Shown: positions 13,501 through 24,963, counted from the first letter of the stretch. The stretch is 64,000 bases of DNA from Tubulanus polymorphus (GCF_964204645.1 NC_134027.1:24204560-24268559); one strand, 5' to 3'. The notes: generated by a model not told the origin, from the sequence alone. Made by a program: numbers and translations.

Positions 13501-16500
13501 CGCATAATTTCATAGTGTTGTACATGCCCAAATAAACTCGAAATATCTTCACCAAGAATCTTAGTGTCTGATGTACCACAGTTGTACCACAGTTGGTTAC
13601 ACTAGGATCGTAGAGCGACGGAGATCACTGGTGGAGACAACCACTGCCAGTGCTGGGTGAAGAAATATCATAAACTCTGGAAGTTATGAACTTGGGAACT
13701 CATGAACCCAAGGTGTCGTCTCAGGGCTTCCATATAGGGCCTCCATACCTGAGACGACATCTTGAGTTTATGAGTTCCGAGATAACTAATAAAGTAATAA
13801 TAAATTCATTTTATTGGGTTTAGGGAATATGATACGATTTGTCGATTTGATACTCGCAAAATTATTTCAATGAGACGGCCTTGAGATGATCGCAAAGCGA
13901 GAAAAATACCGCAAAATACTGTCCGTACAGTGTCGCCCCCTGTGTTATTTAGCCGCATTACACAATTTGACGTTACGCTTACACATTTTGGCGGTGTACT
14001 ATGACATTTTGTCAAAGTACAGACAAATAGACGAAACGCTGATTTTTGGCGGGAATGGCCGCCCATATCCACCCGCCCGACCCCTGGCAGTGACCTGTTC
14101 ACCCACACGGCACCCCACCTATTCTCCACCCGCCCGACCCCTGGCAGTGACCTGTTCACCCACACGGCACCCCACCTACTCTCCACCCGCCCGACCCCTG
14201 GCAGTGACCTGTTCGTCCGGCAGTGGTCTAAAGCCTGGCCTTAATCGACACTGCGATTGGAGACAACTAGTTGCCGGGCAGTTTTTGGCGCATGAGAACA
14301 ACTGGCTGGATACAATCAGTGTGAGCTAGCTTACGATTGGTTAGCGTCCATCTATCTCCAGTTCCAGCTAGTTGCTATGTTCTACTTTTGAGCAACTAGT
14401 TGTACTCAGTTACTGTCATATCCGTCGATGTGAACGCTCCATAATCAAAAACACATGGTTGTTACTGACTAAAACAAAGCAACGAGTCACATGACTTGAG
14501 ATGCCCTCAAGAATATTTGCTAGATAACACATCTCAGATGCTGTCGATGTGTGCGCGCTATGGACCTAGCGACCGGCATGAGCCATACAGTTGCTGGTTT
14601 TCATTAGATGGGTACTCGCTCACTAGCAACTAGTTGTCTCCAGTCGCTTTGTCGATGTATGCTTAGCTTTATAGACATATGAAGGAAGTTTCATCAGTGT
14701 TTTGTGAGTTTCAGCGGAAGGCGACCAGACCCTGGTGAGTGAGGATGTGTAGTAGTGATGCTGGTATGGTATGTGTAAGGTAGGGGGCGATGTGTGTAGA
14801 GTGTTAAGGATAGGGTAAGGTACAGTTAGAGGAATACGAAAGTGTAAGTTTGGGTAATGTGGGGTCAGGATGTTTGGTGTTGTTGAGGTGAGGGTGAATT
14901 CAGTAGATGTCAAGTGTGCAAGTGGCAAATTTGGAAAAGTATTTTTGAGTCATACCTAAGAAAATGGGCTTTTAAAATCATTTGACCAGTCTTATTAGAT
15001 TGACTTAAGAACTAAAATGGTCTTACCCTGGTCTTAAGTTGTAAGATTGGCTATAGAACCTAAATGAGTTTAGACTGGTCTTAAGTTGTTAGATTGGCAA
15101 TAGAACCAAAATGAGCGTAGACAGGTCTTAAGTTGTTAGATTATTGTTAGAACCAAAATCAGTTAGAACCAAAAATCAAAAAGACTTAGTGGCAAATTTG
15201 GAAAAATGGATTCAGGTCTGATCCGTGTGATCCAGTTGACCTAGGATTATTTGATTAGAGTCAGACTCATTGATTACGTAGGGGGTAATAGATGGAGCCA
15301 CAGTTTGTGCTTTGAACAATGGTGAGTGATGCTCTTGGCGTTTCACTCACCAGGAGAAAGTCCCCCCCCATAACTTCTTTAGATAGAAATCTCCAGATAG
15401 AATTCTGTTTTTGTCTTATTTGTCTGTGTATATATGTCTGGAAATGGTGACATGGATGGTGATAGGACAGCACGGCCTGGGTGATGTTGGGGTAGGGTAA
15501 TGTGATTCAGAGAAAGTGGTCCAGTCCGGACTGGTATTACCTCCTTCCCGCGCTTACTATTCCACAATCTCTATATGAGATACATCGAGAATGATGCTAT
15601 TGCAGATTGAATTCATCGATTCATTTAGGAATTGAAACTTGTTTCATTGAACAAATGTTACTGCATATAAACAATATCATCAAACAATGATATGATTGTG
15701 ATTGACCATAGTGAACCACTGCCCTAGTGCAGTTTTATGTCACAAAAAGCTTTTTTCCACTCGATACAACAGATGATAGTGCTACCAATCAGAATGCCTG
15801 TGTATGCAAGTAATTTTTGTAGGGGACAAGCAAAATTTCAGATATGCTTGCCCCCCTGGGAAAGTGGATTTCATTCCTTAGATGGGACCCTGTAAAAGCA
15901 CTGATTGAGATGGATTTAAACCCAGTTCAATTACTATATTTCCTATATATTCACTTACCGCCTGGTGGTACTGATACAGAGCATGGAAAGATAGATAGAG
16001 AGAGAGAGAGAACGAGAGAGAGCCATAAGAAAAAGAAAGAACATGAAAAGAGTGGGGTCCGAGAGCAATTCGAAGGTTTAGAGTCATACACGCTTAGATG
16101 GCGGGCAGGGGTCTATTCCTACCTCGACTCAAAAAGAAAAAAGATTGAAAAGAAAGGTGAGCTTAAAGCCACCAAGCACAAAAGTGGGGTCAAAAAGGTA
16201 GTCCACTACTGGCTTAGAGAGCGGGCAGTGGTCTATTCCTACCTCACTTGCTTAAAATGTTTGCAAAAAATGGCAAATAAGAAAGTGTGTGAGAGTGAGA
16301 GTAAGAGAGAGGAGGTGCTGAGATTCATGTATCACTGGGCGTAACGTGACAAATATAAGAAATAATTCACAGAAAATCTTGAATAATTGTGTTGTGGGTT
16401 CAGAGTCTATTTTTCATCAGTTTGCTATTTGTAAAGCTTGTAGTCTGGTAAAAACTATTCAGAGATTTGTGAATTAGAAGATTTTGCCGTCATTTTCTTC

Positions 16501-17943
16501 ATGAATCGTGCAATTGTTAAAATGAATCATGTGACACACATGTAAAATACTGTTACTGATTCATCATTGTTTGATGGTGTCTTAATATTCAATATGTTGC
16601 AGGTATCGTCTCCTAGTATTTCACATGGAATTGAGGAGTAGTCTGAGGGATTGGGAGGGTTGGAGAAGCATTGAGATATCTAAAGGGTGCGGCCTGGAGG
16701 AGGCTGAGAGATGGAGCGACCCCATCAATCACTCATCACACTCTGTGCTGTCCTAGCTCCACCCCTTATAACATCGCGTACCTCCCAACCTTCCACATAC
16801 ACCACCCCCGACCTCACCCTCACCTCAACAACACCAAACATCCCGTCCCCGCATTACCCAAACTTACACTTTCATATTACTCTAACTGTACCTTACTCTA
16901 TCCTTAACACTCTACACACACCGCCCCCTACCTTACACATACCATACCAGCATCACACCTGTACCGCCCTCTACCAGCAACCTTTCTCCATTATCATACA
17001 CCTCCCTAACTATACATTGTACACTACCACATACATACACCCCAAACAGTTCTATATTAAACTGATCATCTAATCCAGCCATATCAAACAACCCTGCATC
17101 ATCCAACCTGATCTTACCTTATCACATTGTCCTATCCTCCCCTAACGTGTCAACTCCCATACCCTGTCTCATTCCATACCCAAGCGCCATACTCCTCATT
17201 CCCTCTATGATTGAATAAGTAGGAATGTTACGATGTTGTAGTTGGATGAGAATGGTTCTTATCGCTAATGAAGATGAGAGAACAAACATTCTTCAAACTG
17301 AGGAGGAATACGTGAATAAATGACTGCAGTGTTACACAGTCAGTGTTACATGTACATCAGTTATATCTCTATTAGACTGAAACAATGAGTGAAACTTCTA
17401 CAGTTACAATCTGACACAAATCAAACTGCGTCAGAAAACATTTTACAACTTTCTCATTTTCTATCACTTTGGTTTCAGATGTGCTTCATGTGTATTCATA
17501 TTGAATGAGTTATCATTATTTCAGTTATAATGATTAAGTTGATTCAGTGGTCGCTGTAAGGAACTCTGATCTATAGCTGTGTGTGAAGTGAGCTGAAGAT
17601 GGATACAGATACTTGCTGGCGACAAATTCAATAACTGTTATAATGATTCTACATTTTGTTTTTAGTCTGTTAGAAGATTTACTGAATTCTGGTCCTGAAC
17701 ATGTTTCAACTCCACACGATAGCTGGTATGTGTATGACAACAGAATTTCAAAAGTTTATACCATGAATTTGATAAATTGAAGAATCTGTTATTTTCATTT
17801 CAGTGTCAATCATTGCTGGGGAGTTGTAGAATCTGATATAGAACTGATTTTCACAGTCAGCTACACACATTAACGGTATGTATTACATGTGTATGGATAC
17901 AATTTGAATAAATCACACTAGTTCTGCCTCCTCCTCCTCCTCC

Positions 17944-17999
<56 letters not shown>

Positions 18000-20900
18000 T
18001 AGTTCTGCCTTCTCACCATCATCATCTAGTTCTGCCTCCTCCTCAGTAGCAGTGTGCATCCTGAGGAAGCAATCAGTCATCCTGCAATCACATGTTGCCC
18101 GCTCTTAAGGAGGTCAGGTGACGTTGGGGCTTTAGTTCACCTCGGTTTTGGCTTCTCAGTAACTGTTTGAGTTTGGAGCTGCATCTTACCTGACTAGATT
18201 GGCTGACCAGCTTGTATCGTTAATGATTCTACATTTTTGTTTTAACCTGTTAGGAGATGACCAATTACCAGAAGACCAGGGATGACCAATTTACCAATTG
18301 CCAGGGATGACCAATTGCCAGATGACCAGAAATGACCAATGGCTAAGCAATGACCAGCGATTACAGATTGCCAGCATAATTGTATGATTGATTTTCTGTT
18401 TGTGAATGAACTTGAGAACAGTCACTGTTCTTAAATCCTATCAGTTACAGCCATGTTTTGATAAAATCTCTTGCATTATCACCTCTAAACCTCTTGCACA
18501 ATCACCTCTAAACCTCTTACACAATCACTTCTATCTCATCTCTATAATAAATACTCTTATTTTAACTCTCATCAATCAAAATGTGGTTGTCATTGATGTT
18601 CACAGAAACTGGAATCCCAGAATCTATTTTGTACACCTGAAAAAATTTATTTATTATTGTGTTGTTTATTCGGCGCGATCTGTGGTGATTCAATCATGTG
18701 ATCCGTTCAAGTTTTTTTAAATGTCAACTCCCTCCAAAATTCTGGATCCGATGTTATCCATTGTAGTTTAGACCATAGAACAGAGTTTTATGTTGATGTT
18801 TATGAACTTAAGTCTAAAATCGCTAATTTGAAACTTTGTTTAAATCATCATTTCACTTGTCCAAATCCTCGATTGTCAATCTTCCATATCCGAAACCCGG
18901 ATCTAGATTTTGGAATGTTAACGTAATGATAAAACTGGTTTGGGCGACAACTTCAGTTGATGTAATTATCTCTAAACGCCATTCAAACCACTATTCCGTC
19001 GCCGTAGACCAGTTTTGTCATTTATCGCTTTCGCATCCTCCCGAACACGTGTGTGGCGAACGAATCGTCACGTGGGGATGCGGCCCGGAACCCGTTCATT
19101 GAATGTGAGTGGAGTTTCGCGTGTATGTCTGATTGGACGGTTGGACTGGTTGCCTGTCCAATACTGCACTGAAATCCCAAAAGGCAAGGTTTGAAATCGA
19201 TTTCGGTTTGTTCAGGAAACCGCTTTGCGAGCGTTTGCAACATCAAACCGACTTTTCCAACATGGCCGAATAAGGCGATTTCTGCGTTTTCGTTCTGTCG
19301 CATTTGTTCACACTATGGTAAAAACGGTTTATGACGCAATAAACCGATTGCTTCGATGCTTTGACAAATGGACTCATCCACATATCCAGCATAATGTTGA
19401 CCCTTCTTGGCAATAGCCATATGTTATGGGCTAGAATTATTTCGATGAAATCTTCGTACGCTTCCCAGTTCGACATATGAACCAATTAGGCAGAAACCCG
19501 TTATCGCTGCTATGCAGCTATATTTGACACTTGATATTACATGTTTATATAATTGATATCATCTTTTTCATTGTCGTCAGCATTAAGCAATATGTGTGTT
19601 GTTTTTCAAGGCGTCAATATACTTTCAAGTTCGTTTTCTTGTTTATCTTATTTCTAGCAAATATCGATTCCCCGAGTAAATTTGCCCAGTACGTCACGGG
19701 CTGCGTGCAAATAATAGATAGATTGTCTCTTAAGCACCGAACTTGACTCCACATTCTATTGAAAACTGATTGCGTTCACCTATCATGACATTGAAGCTAC
19801 AAGTAGGCCAGGTATAGGTACAGATAATACATGTATAGTGATGTTTCCAGAATGCGAAAACAAGAAAACTAACTTTAAAGTTTAGTGATGCCTCGAAGAA
19901 AAATAACACATGTATAGCTTGATATTGCCGACAATAAATAACATAAAATAAATCATATAATATTAATGATCAAATATAGCTGCAAAGCAGCGATAACGGG
20001 TTTTTGCAGAATTCTGTTCAACGGTCAACACGGTTTTATGAAGGTCGACAAACAGTCAATTAGACCATGGACGTACAAACTAGATCTAGTTTATATATAC
20101 GTCCATGATTAGACCTACTTGAAACCATGGACAACTGGACCAGATTGCCTTATTACTCTGGAAAATCGACTGTTAGGCCATAATAAGTGTTTATTGATTT
20201 CAACAAAGCATTTGACGAGGTACAACATCGGCCATTACTAAACAAGCTACCAGCAAACAGTATCAATGATAGGTCGCTTTAATGGCTCAGTAGTTATCTC
20301 TGAACGTAAGTTATTATCGATTTGAATATAACCATTGTTGGATTTAGCGGCAACCAGTCTAGCCCCGATATATTGATGACGTGGTGCACATCCCCATCAA
20401 AAATAGGATAAGGGTTATGAAATATATACTAATTCAATTACAAAATCAACGCCAAAATTCACTTTTTTTATCTTAGAACGCCAATATCGATGACGGAGTG
20501 CACATCGACTCACACAGAGCCCCCTTTAAGGTAACACATGTATCATTGTAACGGTTTTTGCGACGTCAGAAAAATCCCAATGGCCCAGTCGCACAGTTCT
20601 GACTTAAGTCCAAAGTGATCTTAAATTGGTCGTTACTAGTCGTTAGATTGGTTTTAGAACTGAGGTGGTCTTCGACTTGTCAAAGGGTGAAAGATTGTTA
20701 ATACACCGAATATCTACTTTTTGATTGATATATTTGATGGCAATAGAAATGTTTAGTTGATTGATAATGAGCCGACCTTATGCCGAATGAGAATATTAAT
20801 TAGCTTTCCATAATTTCTAAGCGATCCGACTAGCGCCTAACAGTAAAATTCATTTAGACTTTACGAAATTGTTTTAAAAGTAAACCTACCTTGTAGTACT

Positions 20901-21213
20901 CCGTTTTGTCATTGGTGGTGCTGCACACGTTGTCAGTATCGACGTCATAAAGGTTACAATGTCCCTCGTTGAACGACATGGCCGAACATTTCTCATCGTT
21001 CGCGCAATCACGAGCGCAGCCGACGACGTTGCGAACATCGCTGTTTCCAATCATACCAGTATTTTTCGCCCAGTTTTCTGAATTTTTCTCGCCGCGTTCG
21101 TCGCCTCTCGGACATTCTGGCAGTCGAGTGAATTTCTGAAAGCGGCTCTCAATCGAAACCTCAGCGGCGACAACACAAAATACGCCGACTAGTAAAATGA
21201 TGTTTGTTTTCAT
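7527..21213 (-). CDS. Secreted protein: signal peptide + PAN/Apple domain + Ser-rich linker + LamG/concanavalin-A-like domain (~367 aa, 3-exon model)
   Basis: Exon 1, 21213-20890: MKTNIILLVGVFCVVAA signal peptide, CARDCANDEKCSAMSFNEGHCNLY PAN motif, ends YYK|gtaggt (phase 0). Exon 2, 8842-8638: ttgtttcag|KKNGGPTAANS...poly-Ser...ISTTI, G|gtaaaa (phase 0 to 1). Exon 3, 8101-7527: tactttcag|, AAAAANSKPSKIRYFFDFE...GILYVND...NGVIDNLTVEYSV*. Phases match at both junctions. The LamG call rests on motif resemblance only. Confidence 0.7.
8668..8797 (-). repeat. Coding hexamer repeat (CCAGCT/CCAGCC)n forming the poly-Ser/SP linker
   Basis: (ggagct/ggggct)n on the plus strand; lies inside exon 2 of the PAN-LamG gene model. 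Confidence 0.9.
9300..9680 (+). repeat. Dispersed repeat, also at ~52150-52495 and partially at ~47325-47405
   Basis: Shared text: agaggacttcta..caacatcta...ttcaggctggttggaag.ttgtttgaa.gaactggaacc...cgccgatcacacaactat. Confidence 0.7.
10930..11352. repeat. 20-bp minisatellite (gcaggagtatcataggagca)
   Basis: About 21 near-identical tandem units. Confidence 0.95.
12610..14067. mobile_element. Non-autonomous DNA transposon with ~290-bp TIRs, TATGG termini and 6-bp TSD (IS3EU-like)
   Basis: tccacc|TATGGGCGGCCATTCCCGCC...GGCGGGAATGGCCGCCCATA|tccacc; inserted into a 57-bp minisatellite unit; no transposase ORF seen. Confidence 0.85.
14069..14215. repeat. 57-bp GC-rich minisatellite (about 2.5 units, plus a diverged unit at 12560-12609)
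   Basis: ccacccgcccgacccctggcagtgacctgttcacccacacggcaccccaccta repeated with period 57. Confidence 0.9.
14232..14668. mobile_element. Harbinger-like MITE, older inverted copy of the element at 29251-29619
   Basis: Degenerate TIRs agcc...atcgacactgcgattggagacaactagttg; internal sequence is the reverse complement of 29251-29619. Confidence 0.8.
17928..18000. repeat. (CTC)n(ATC)n microsatellite
   Basis: Direct inspection. Confidence 0.95.
19488..20007. mobile_element. MITE (~520 bp) with long imperfect TIRs
   Basis: ggcagaaacccgttatcgctgctatgcagctatatttg ... caaatatagctgcaaagcagcgataacgggtttttgc; another end of the family at ~37772-37805. Confidence 0.75.
20118..20310 (+). mobile_element. Decayed CR1-type LINE reverse-transcriptase fragment
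   Basis: Translates to LETMDNWTR...VFIDFNKAFDEVQHRPLLNKL...L*WLSSYL, matching the DFxKAFDxV RT motif, with stops and frameshifts. Confidence 0.75.
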
Positions 21214-21788
21214 GGTCGCGTGTTGAAATTCGCGGTTCGATGTGGTGGATGACTACATCAAACTGATAACATACATGTATATATTCGAGAGTAAACCTAT
21301 ATGAGACATTCGAAGCTCAAATCTCATTGGATCTGCATCATGAATGTTTCGTCCCTGTTCCGCGAATCGCAAATGCTATTTGGTAAATCGTTTTCTATGC
21401 AAAAAAAAAAATTGTTTAATGCGATAATAAACCGCTGAAACCTGTGTGATCGCCTGTAAACTTGGAAGGTATCCATAAAGACTGGACCCTGAAGCACAAA
21501 CTGAAAATACGGTTTCTTTGTACGATATATATTGAAATAAGCAGTTATTTGCTCATCGATAGAGAATTGTACATATATAAGAATGCCCACCATCAAAATG
21601 GAATGAAAATGACTCCATCATCATTTTCTTTTGTAGAAGAAAGCCATCCGCTTGATTAGAATAAGGCAATATCTAGACCATACATTTCTTTATTTTTCAT
21701 TCAGAATGGCGTGAAATCTTATGGATGAATTAAATTGGATGAGAATTTAGTTCTTCAAAAAATTTAAAATACATGGGAGCATCAGGTG

Positions 21789-21830
21789 TCACCTGACGAT
21801 GATCTCTAGGGTGAGATCGAAACGTCGTGT
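21789..21830 (+). ncRNA. Minimal type I hammerhead ribozyme motif (Penelope-like element type)
   Basis: cac-CTGACGA-t-GATCTC-tagggt-GAGATC-GAAA-CG-TC-gtg: intact core, 6-bp stem II, palindromic ACGT stem III and short stem I cac/gtg. Confidence 0.6.
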
Positions 21831-22874
21831 ATCTCATATTCCAGATTTCTTGAATAAATAAATTCTCGATTTTTAAATGCTTTTAATTTGTACGTAGCGG
21901 GTTTTTATCTTATTATCCGTTCACCACGTTTGAGTGTGGTTATTGGACTGAAATCGTTTTTTTTTTTGTCAATTCATGTTTCGCTTTTTCCATAAAAGTC
22001 TACCTAGAACATTTGATGGGTTATTTTTTCTCGCATGGGCTATTTATTTTTTCTAATTGAATGATTTGACATATAACTCATCCACTTTGGATGTACCTTT
22101 TCCTAAGACCTCATAACTAAGTTAAAGTCTATGGTTTATTACGCAGGTAATCTCTTATATCTCGGCATCACTACTTCTGTAATTCTTCTTGACGATAAGG
22201 CTACTTGCTTTTTCAACCTTTTGTGAAATCCATTGTCAGCTCTGATCCTTAGCATATAGTTTACTGTAGCCAGTGTGGATTTAATCGAGATTTCTCAATT
22301 GCAGAAACTCAGTTTTTTCTTTTAATATTTCGTTATCACGAGGTTCCATTGATATTTTCGGGCGGACATCAAATTTCTGGCATGCTGCCAACTCGATACG
22401 GAATGTGCTGTGTGGCGGTGCTGGAAAGATTTTCAGAGGAGAAAATAGCGTGTTCATGCAATATAGTACGTTTAGTGCCAACAATGCGGTATGTATCTCA
22501 AATACAACATCAATATATGAAAAGCAAACAATATTACCATTACCATCACAGGGGCAGATTCAGGAATTAAGCAAAACTTCTAGCCGTAGTTTTAGCACAG
22601 TAAGAAGAGCGAACATCTATTCTAAATGACAGTGCGTAACATGGATCAAAATTCTCATTATATTCGTCACTTTTTTGACTGGTAGGGGTATTTTCTCTAT
22701 TGATTTATGTCGACAATGAAGATATTTGAATCCCTTTTCAAACTGAAACCTGAGTAAAGATTTCCATGCGCGAGCTTTATTCAGATATGATTATGACGTG
22801 CGGAACCTATAGAAAGCGTTATATCTCTGATTAACTCAACAGAAAATAAACGAGACCAAATTGACGGTTTTAGA

Positions 22875-23867
22875 ATGTCCGACAATAATCAATCTTCCAC
22901 AATTCACGAGTGTTTCAGTGAACGTTTCTGGGAGGACGCAGAACACCGATTGTATATTCGAGCCTTCGGTGTTACAGTTGTAAGCGTTATCGGTTTAGTC
23001 CTCAACTGTTTGAGTTTTATTATTTTGAGACGCATGTACTCGAGTGTGGTCGCTACATACTACCTGCTCAGCATCCTCGCTGTCGTCGATTCTCTTTATC
23101 TCGTTACGAGTTTTTGTTTTTCCAGCCTTCCTGATTTCATAGGACTTTGGGAATTGGGCTACATTAATTATCACTACCTCGCTAATTATTTTCTCGGGTC
23201 TTATACGAGATATAACACAACAGTTACCTATTTGACCGTTAAGATGTATCGAAACTGGTTGATAGCAATGATCAGTATTGAGCGCTGGTTGCAACTGTCG
23301 TTCCCGCTGAAATCCCGAGCTTTCATTACTCAAAAAAGATGTACGTTCTCTGTCGTGGGTCTGTTTATATTCTGTTTTTTGACACATGTGTATCGTTGGC
23401 GTTATGATACCTTGATACCTAGATACAATGATTGTCCGTTGTTTAATCGTATAATGTTAGCCCAGGGTGTTCTTCCTGCTGGAAGGTTGGCTGGTCGTTT
23501 AACAAACATCATATTCGTCGTAACGATGCCGTTTGCATTTCTCTCAATTACTAATATTGCATTGATCAGAATCGTAATGAGAGCAACATCACAACGTAAA
23601 AAGATGTCCAAGTCATCTTCAGTCGGCGCTGCAGGTGACATACAGGCTACAATGTTAGCCATTTCCTCAGTTATCGTCTATCTTATTTGTGAAAGTCCAT
23701 TGGTGATTGACCGAATTCTAAGTTTGATGGGAATGCGTATGTATTTGCGCCCTTTAAAAGCCTTTTTATCGCAACTTGACTCGTGTGTAAATTTTTGTCT
23801 GTACTGTCTGTCTAGTGTCAAGTTTAGGAATATTATCCGTAGTACATTTTGCAACCAATGTCGCTAA
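22875..23867 (+). CDS. Intronless rhodopsin-like (class A) GPCR, FMRFamide-receptor-like family, 330 aa
   Basis: Seven hydrophobic segments; GLVLNCLSFIIL (TM1), LSILAVVDSLYL (TM2), ISIERW (DRY-equivalent) followed by FPLKSR, YLICESP (TM6) and DSCVNFCLYCLSSVKFR (TM7/helix 8). Confidence 0.93.
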   Translation: MSDNNQSSTIHECFSERFWEDAEHRLYIRAFGVTVVSVIGLVLNCLSFIILRRMYSSVVATYYLLSILAVVDSLYLVTSFCFSSLPDFIGLWELGYINYHYLANYFLGSYTRYNTTVTYLTVKMYRNWLIAMISIERWLQLSFPLKSRAFITQKRCTFSVVGLFIFCFLTHVYRWRYDTLIPRYNDCPLFNRIMLAQGVLPAGRLAGRLTNIIFVVTMPFAFLSITNIALIRIVMRATSQRKKMSKSSSVGAAGDIQATMLAISSVIVYLICESPLVIDRILSLMGMRMYLRPLKAFLSQLDSCVNFCLYCLSSVKFRNIIRSTFCNQCR

Positions 23868-24945
23868 ACAGCGCTCCTAATTCTTATGAAATCAAACATA
23901 TACGTTGGGGAGGTCTTAAAAAGATGTTGTCTTGATAGGTCTATTTTTGTAGAAAATATCAAAAGATACATAATGTACGCTCGATTTGAAGTGTAGGGAA
24001 TGAGCGCAGTGGCAGACGCCCGACCACCTGCGATCAGTTTAGCCCTTGGAAACTGGGCCCTGGAAGATGTCCACCCGAGTCACGAATCTCTAGCAGAAAA
24101 ATAATGTACATGTAGATAATGAGAGACTGAATTTGGGGCACTGATCAGATCACTCTGATATTGTAGTATTTGATAAGAATAATTCAGAAACTTTTCAAAA
24201 AGTTTTCCCCTCGAAAATTCGGTTAGTGACAAGGGGGTTCGGGAGCGATGTAGGGCCCTAGGCAAGCCGCGAGAGGATGATGTGTCGGTAGTTAATACAG
24301 AAGAAATTGTTTATTCAGTTATGATGTAGAAAAAATCGAACCGGAAGATAAGATAAGATATTTATGTTACTCCAACCATAAATTGTACGTGGAGGCAAGA
24401 TTGAATACAAAATATGAAATATGAAAATTTACAAAACATGAACAGAATTATATACATATATACATACAGACAAAACAAAATAGGGAAATGATTCCATAAC
24501 AAAATTTAAAGTCTAATCTTCAGTAAAACTATTTACAGACAATGCAAGTACAGAGATTGAATTATGTACAGCAAGATATATCACACGTATATACACAATA
24601 TACGGAAGGGATTTGTATAAACTTAAACCTAACTGGATAAATTAAGCTATTTGTGGGGTAGGATTCCTTAATATTTCAAAGTTTCTGGATATACTTAAAT
24701 GAGTAGAATTATCACGCAGATCACTTAGCAAGTGCATGTCGGGAATTGTTATATGTCAGTTACCAGTAACGCACTCCCCTCAGTTCATGTAACCCCGCCC
24801 GCATGAACTTATGCTGTAGCGAGTAGATAAATAAATCAGAGTTTACTTAGACACCAAACATATTGGTCGTTGTTCACCTCTCCGGCGGTCTTGCTTATTT
24901 TACTCAAACCTGGACCATTTAATGTGGCAATCATAGCCCACATTT

Positions 24946-24963
24946 TGGTGCCGTGACCAGGAT
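24946..24963 (+). promoter_or_regulatory. Primer binding site complementary to the tRNA-His 3' end
   Basis: TGGTGCCGTGACCAGGAT is the reverse complement of ...ATCCTGGTCACGGCA-CCA, the invertebrate tRNA-His(GTG) 3' end as recalled; it starts 3 nt after the 5' LTR. Confidence 0.85.

Larger units (their letters stand above)
12191..14751. mobile_element. Non-autonomous TIR element interrupting the left arm of the large inverted repeat
   Basis: Imperfect ~45-bp TIRs catcctcactcaccaggg...gctgaagctcac and gtgagtttcagc...ccctggtgagtgaggatg; possible GTAG duplication at the flanks; the flanks are contiguous in the right-arm copy. Confidence 0.65.
11385..17752. repeat. Large inverted repeat: left arm 11385-12187 plus 14752-14900, right arm ~16815-17752
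   Basis: For example, cattcctacttattcaatcatagagggaatgaggagtatg (~11913) is the reverse complement of ~17190-17227, and 14755-14897 is the reverse complement of 16815-16956. The left arm is split by an insertion. Confidence 0.85.

Noticed and set aside
15844-16344. 166-aa ORF
   Set aside because: Low-complexity purine-rich repeat-derived sequence with an internal duplication; no domain or splice support.
11922-17073. Pro/Thr/His-rich ORFs (11922-12245, 14623-14928, 16671-17073)
   Set aside because: They arise from the strand-biased repeat forming the inverted-repeat arms; frames are not conserved between copies.
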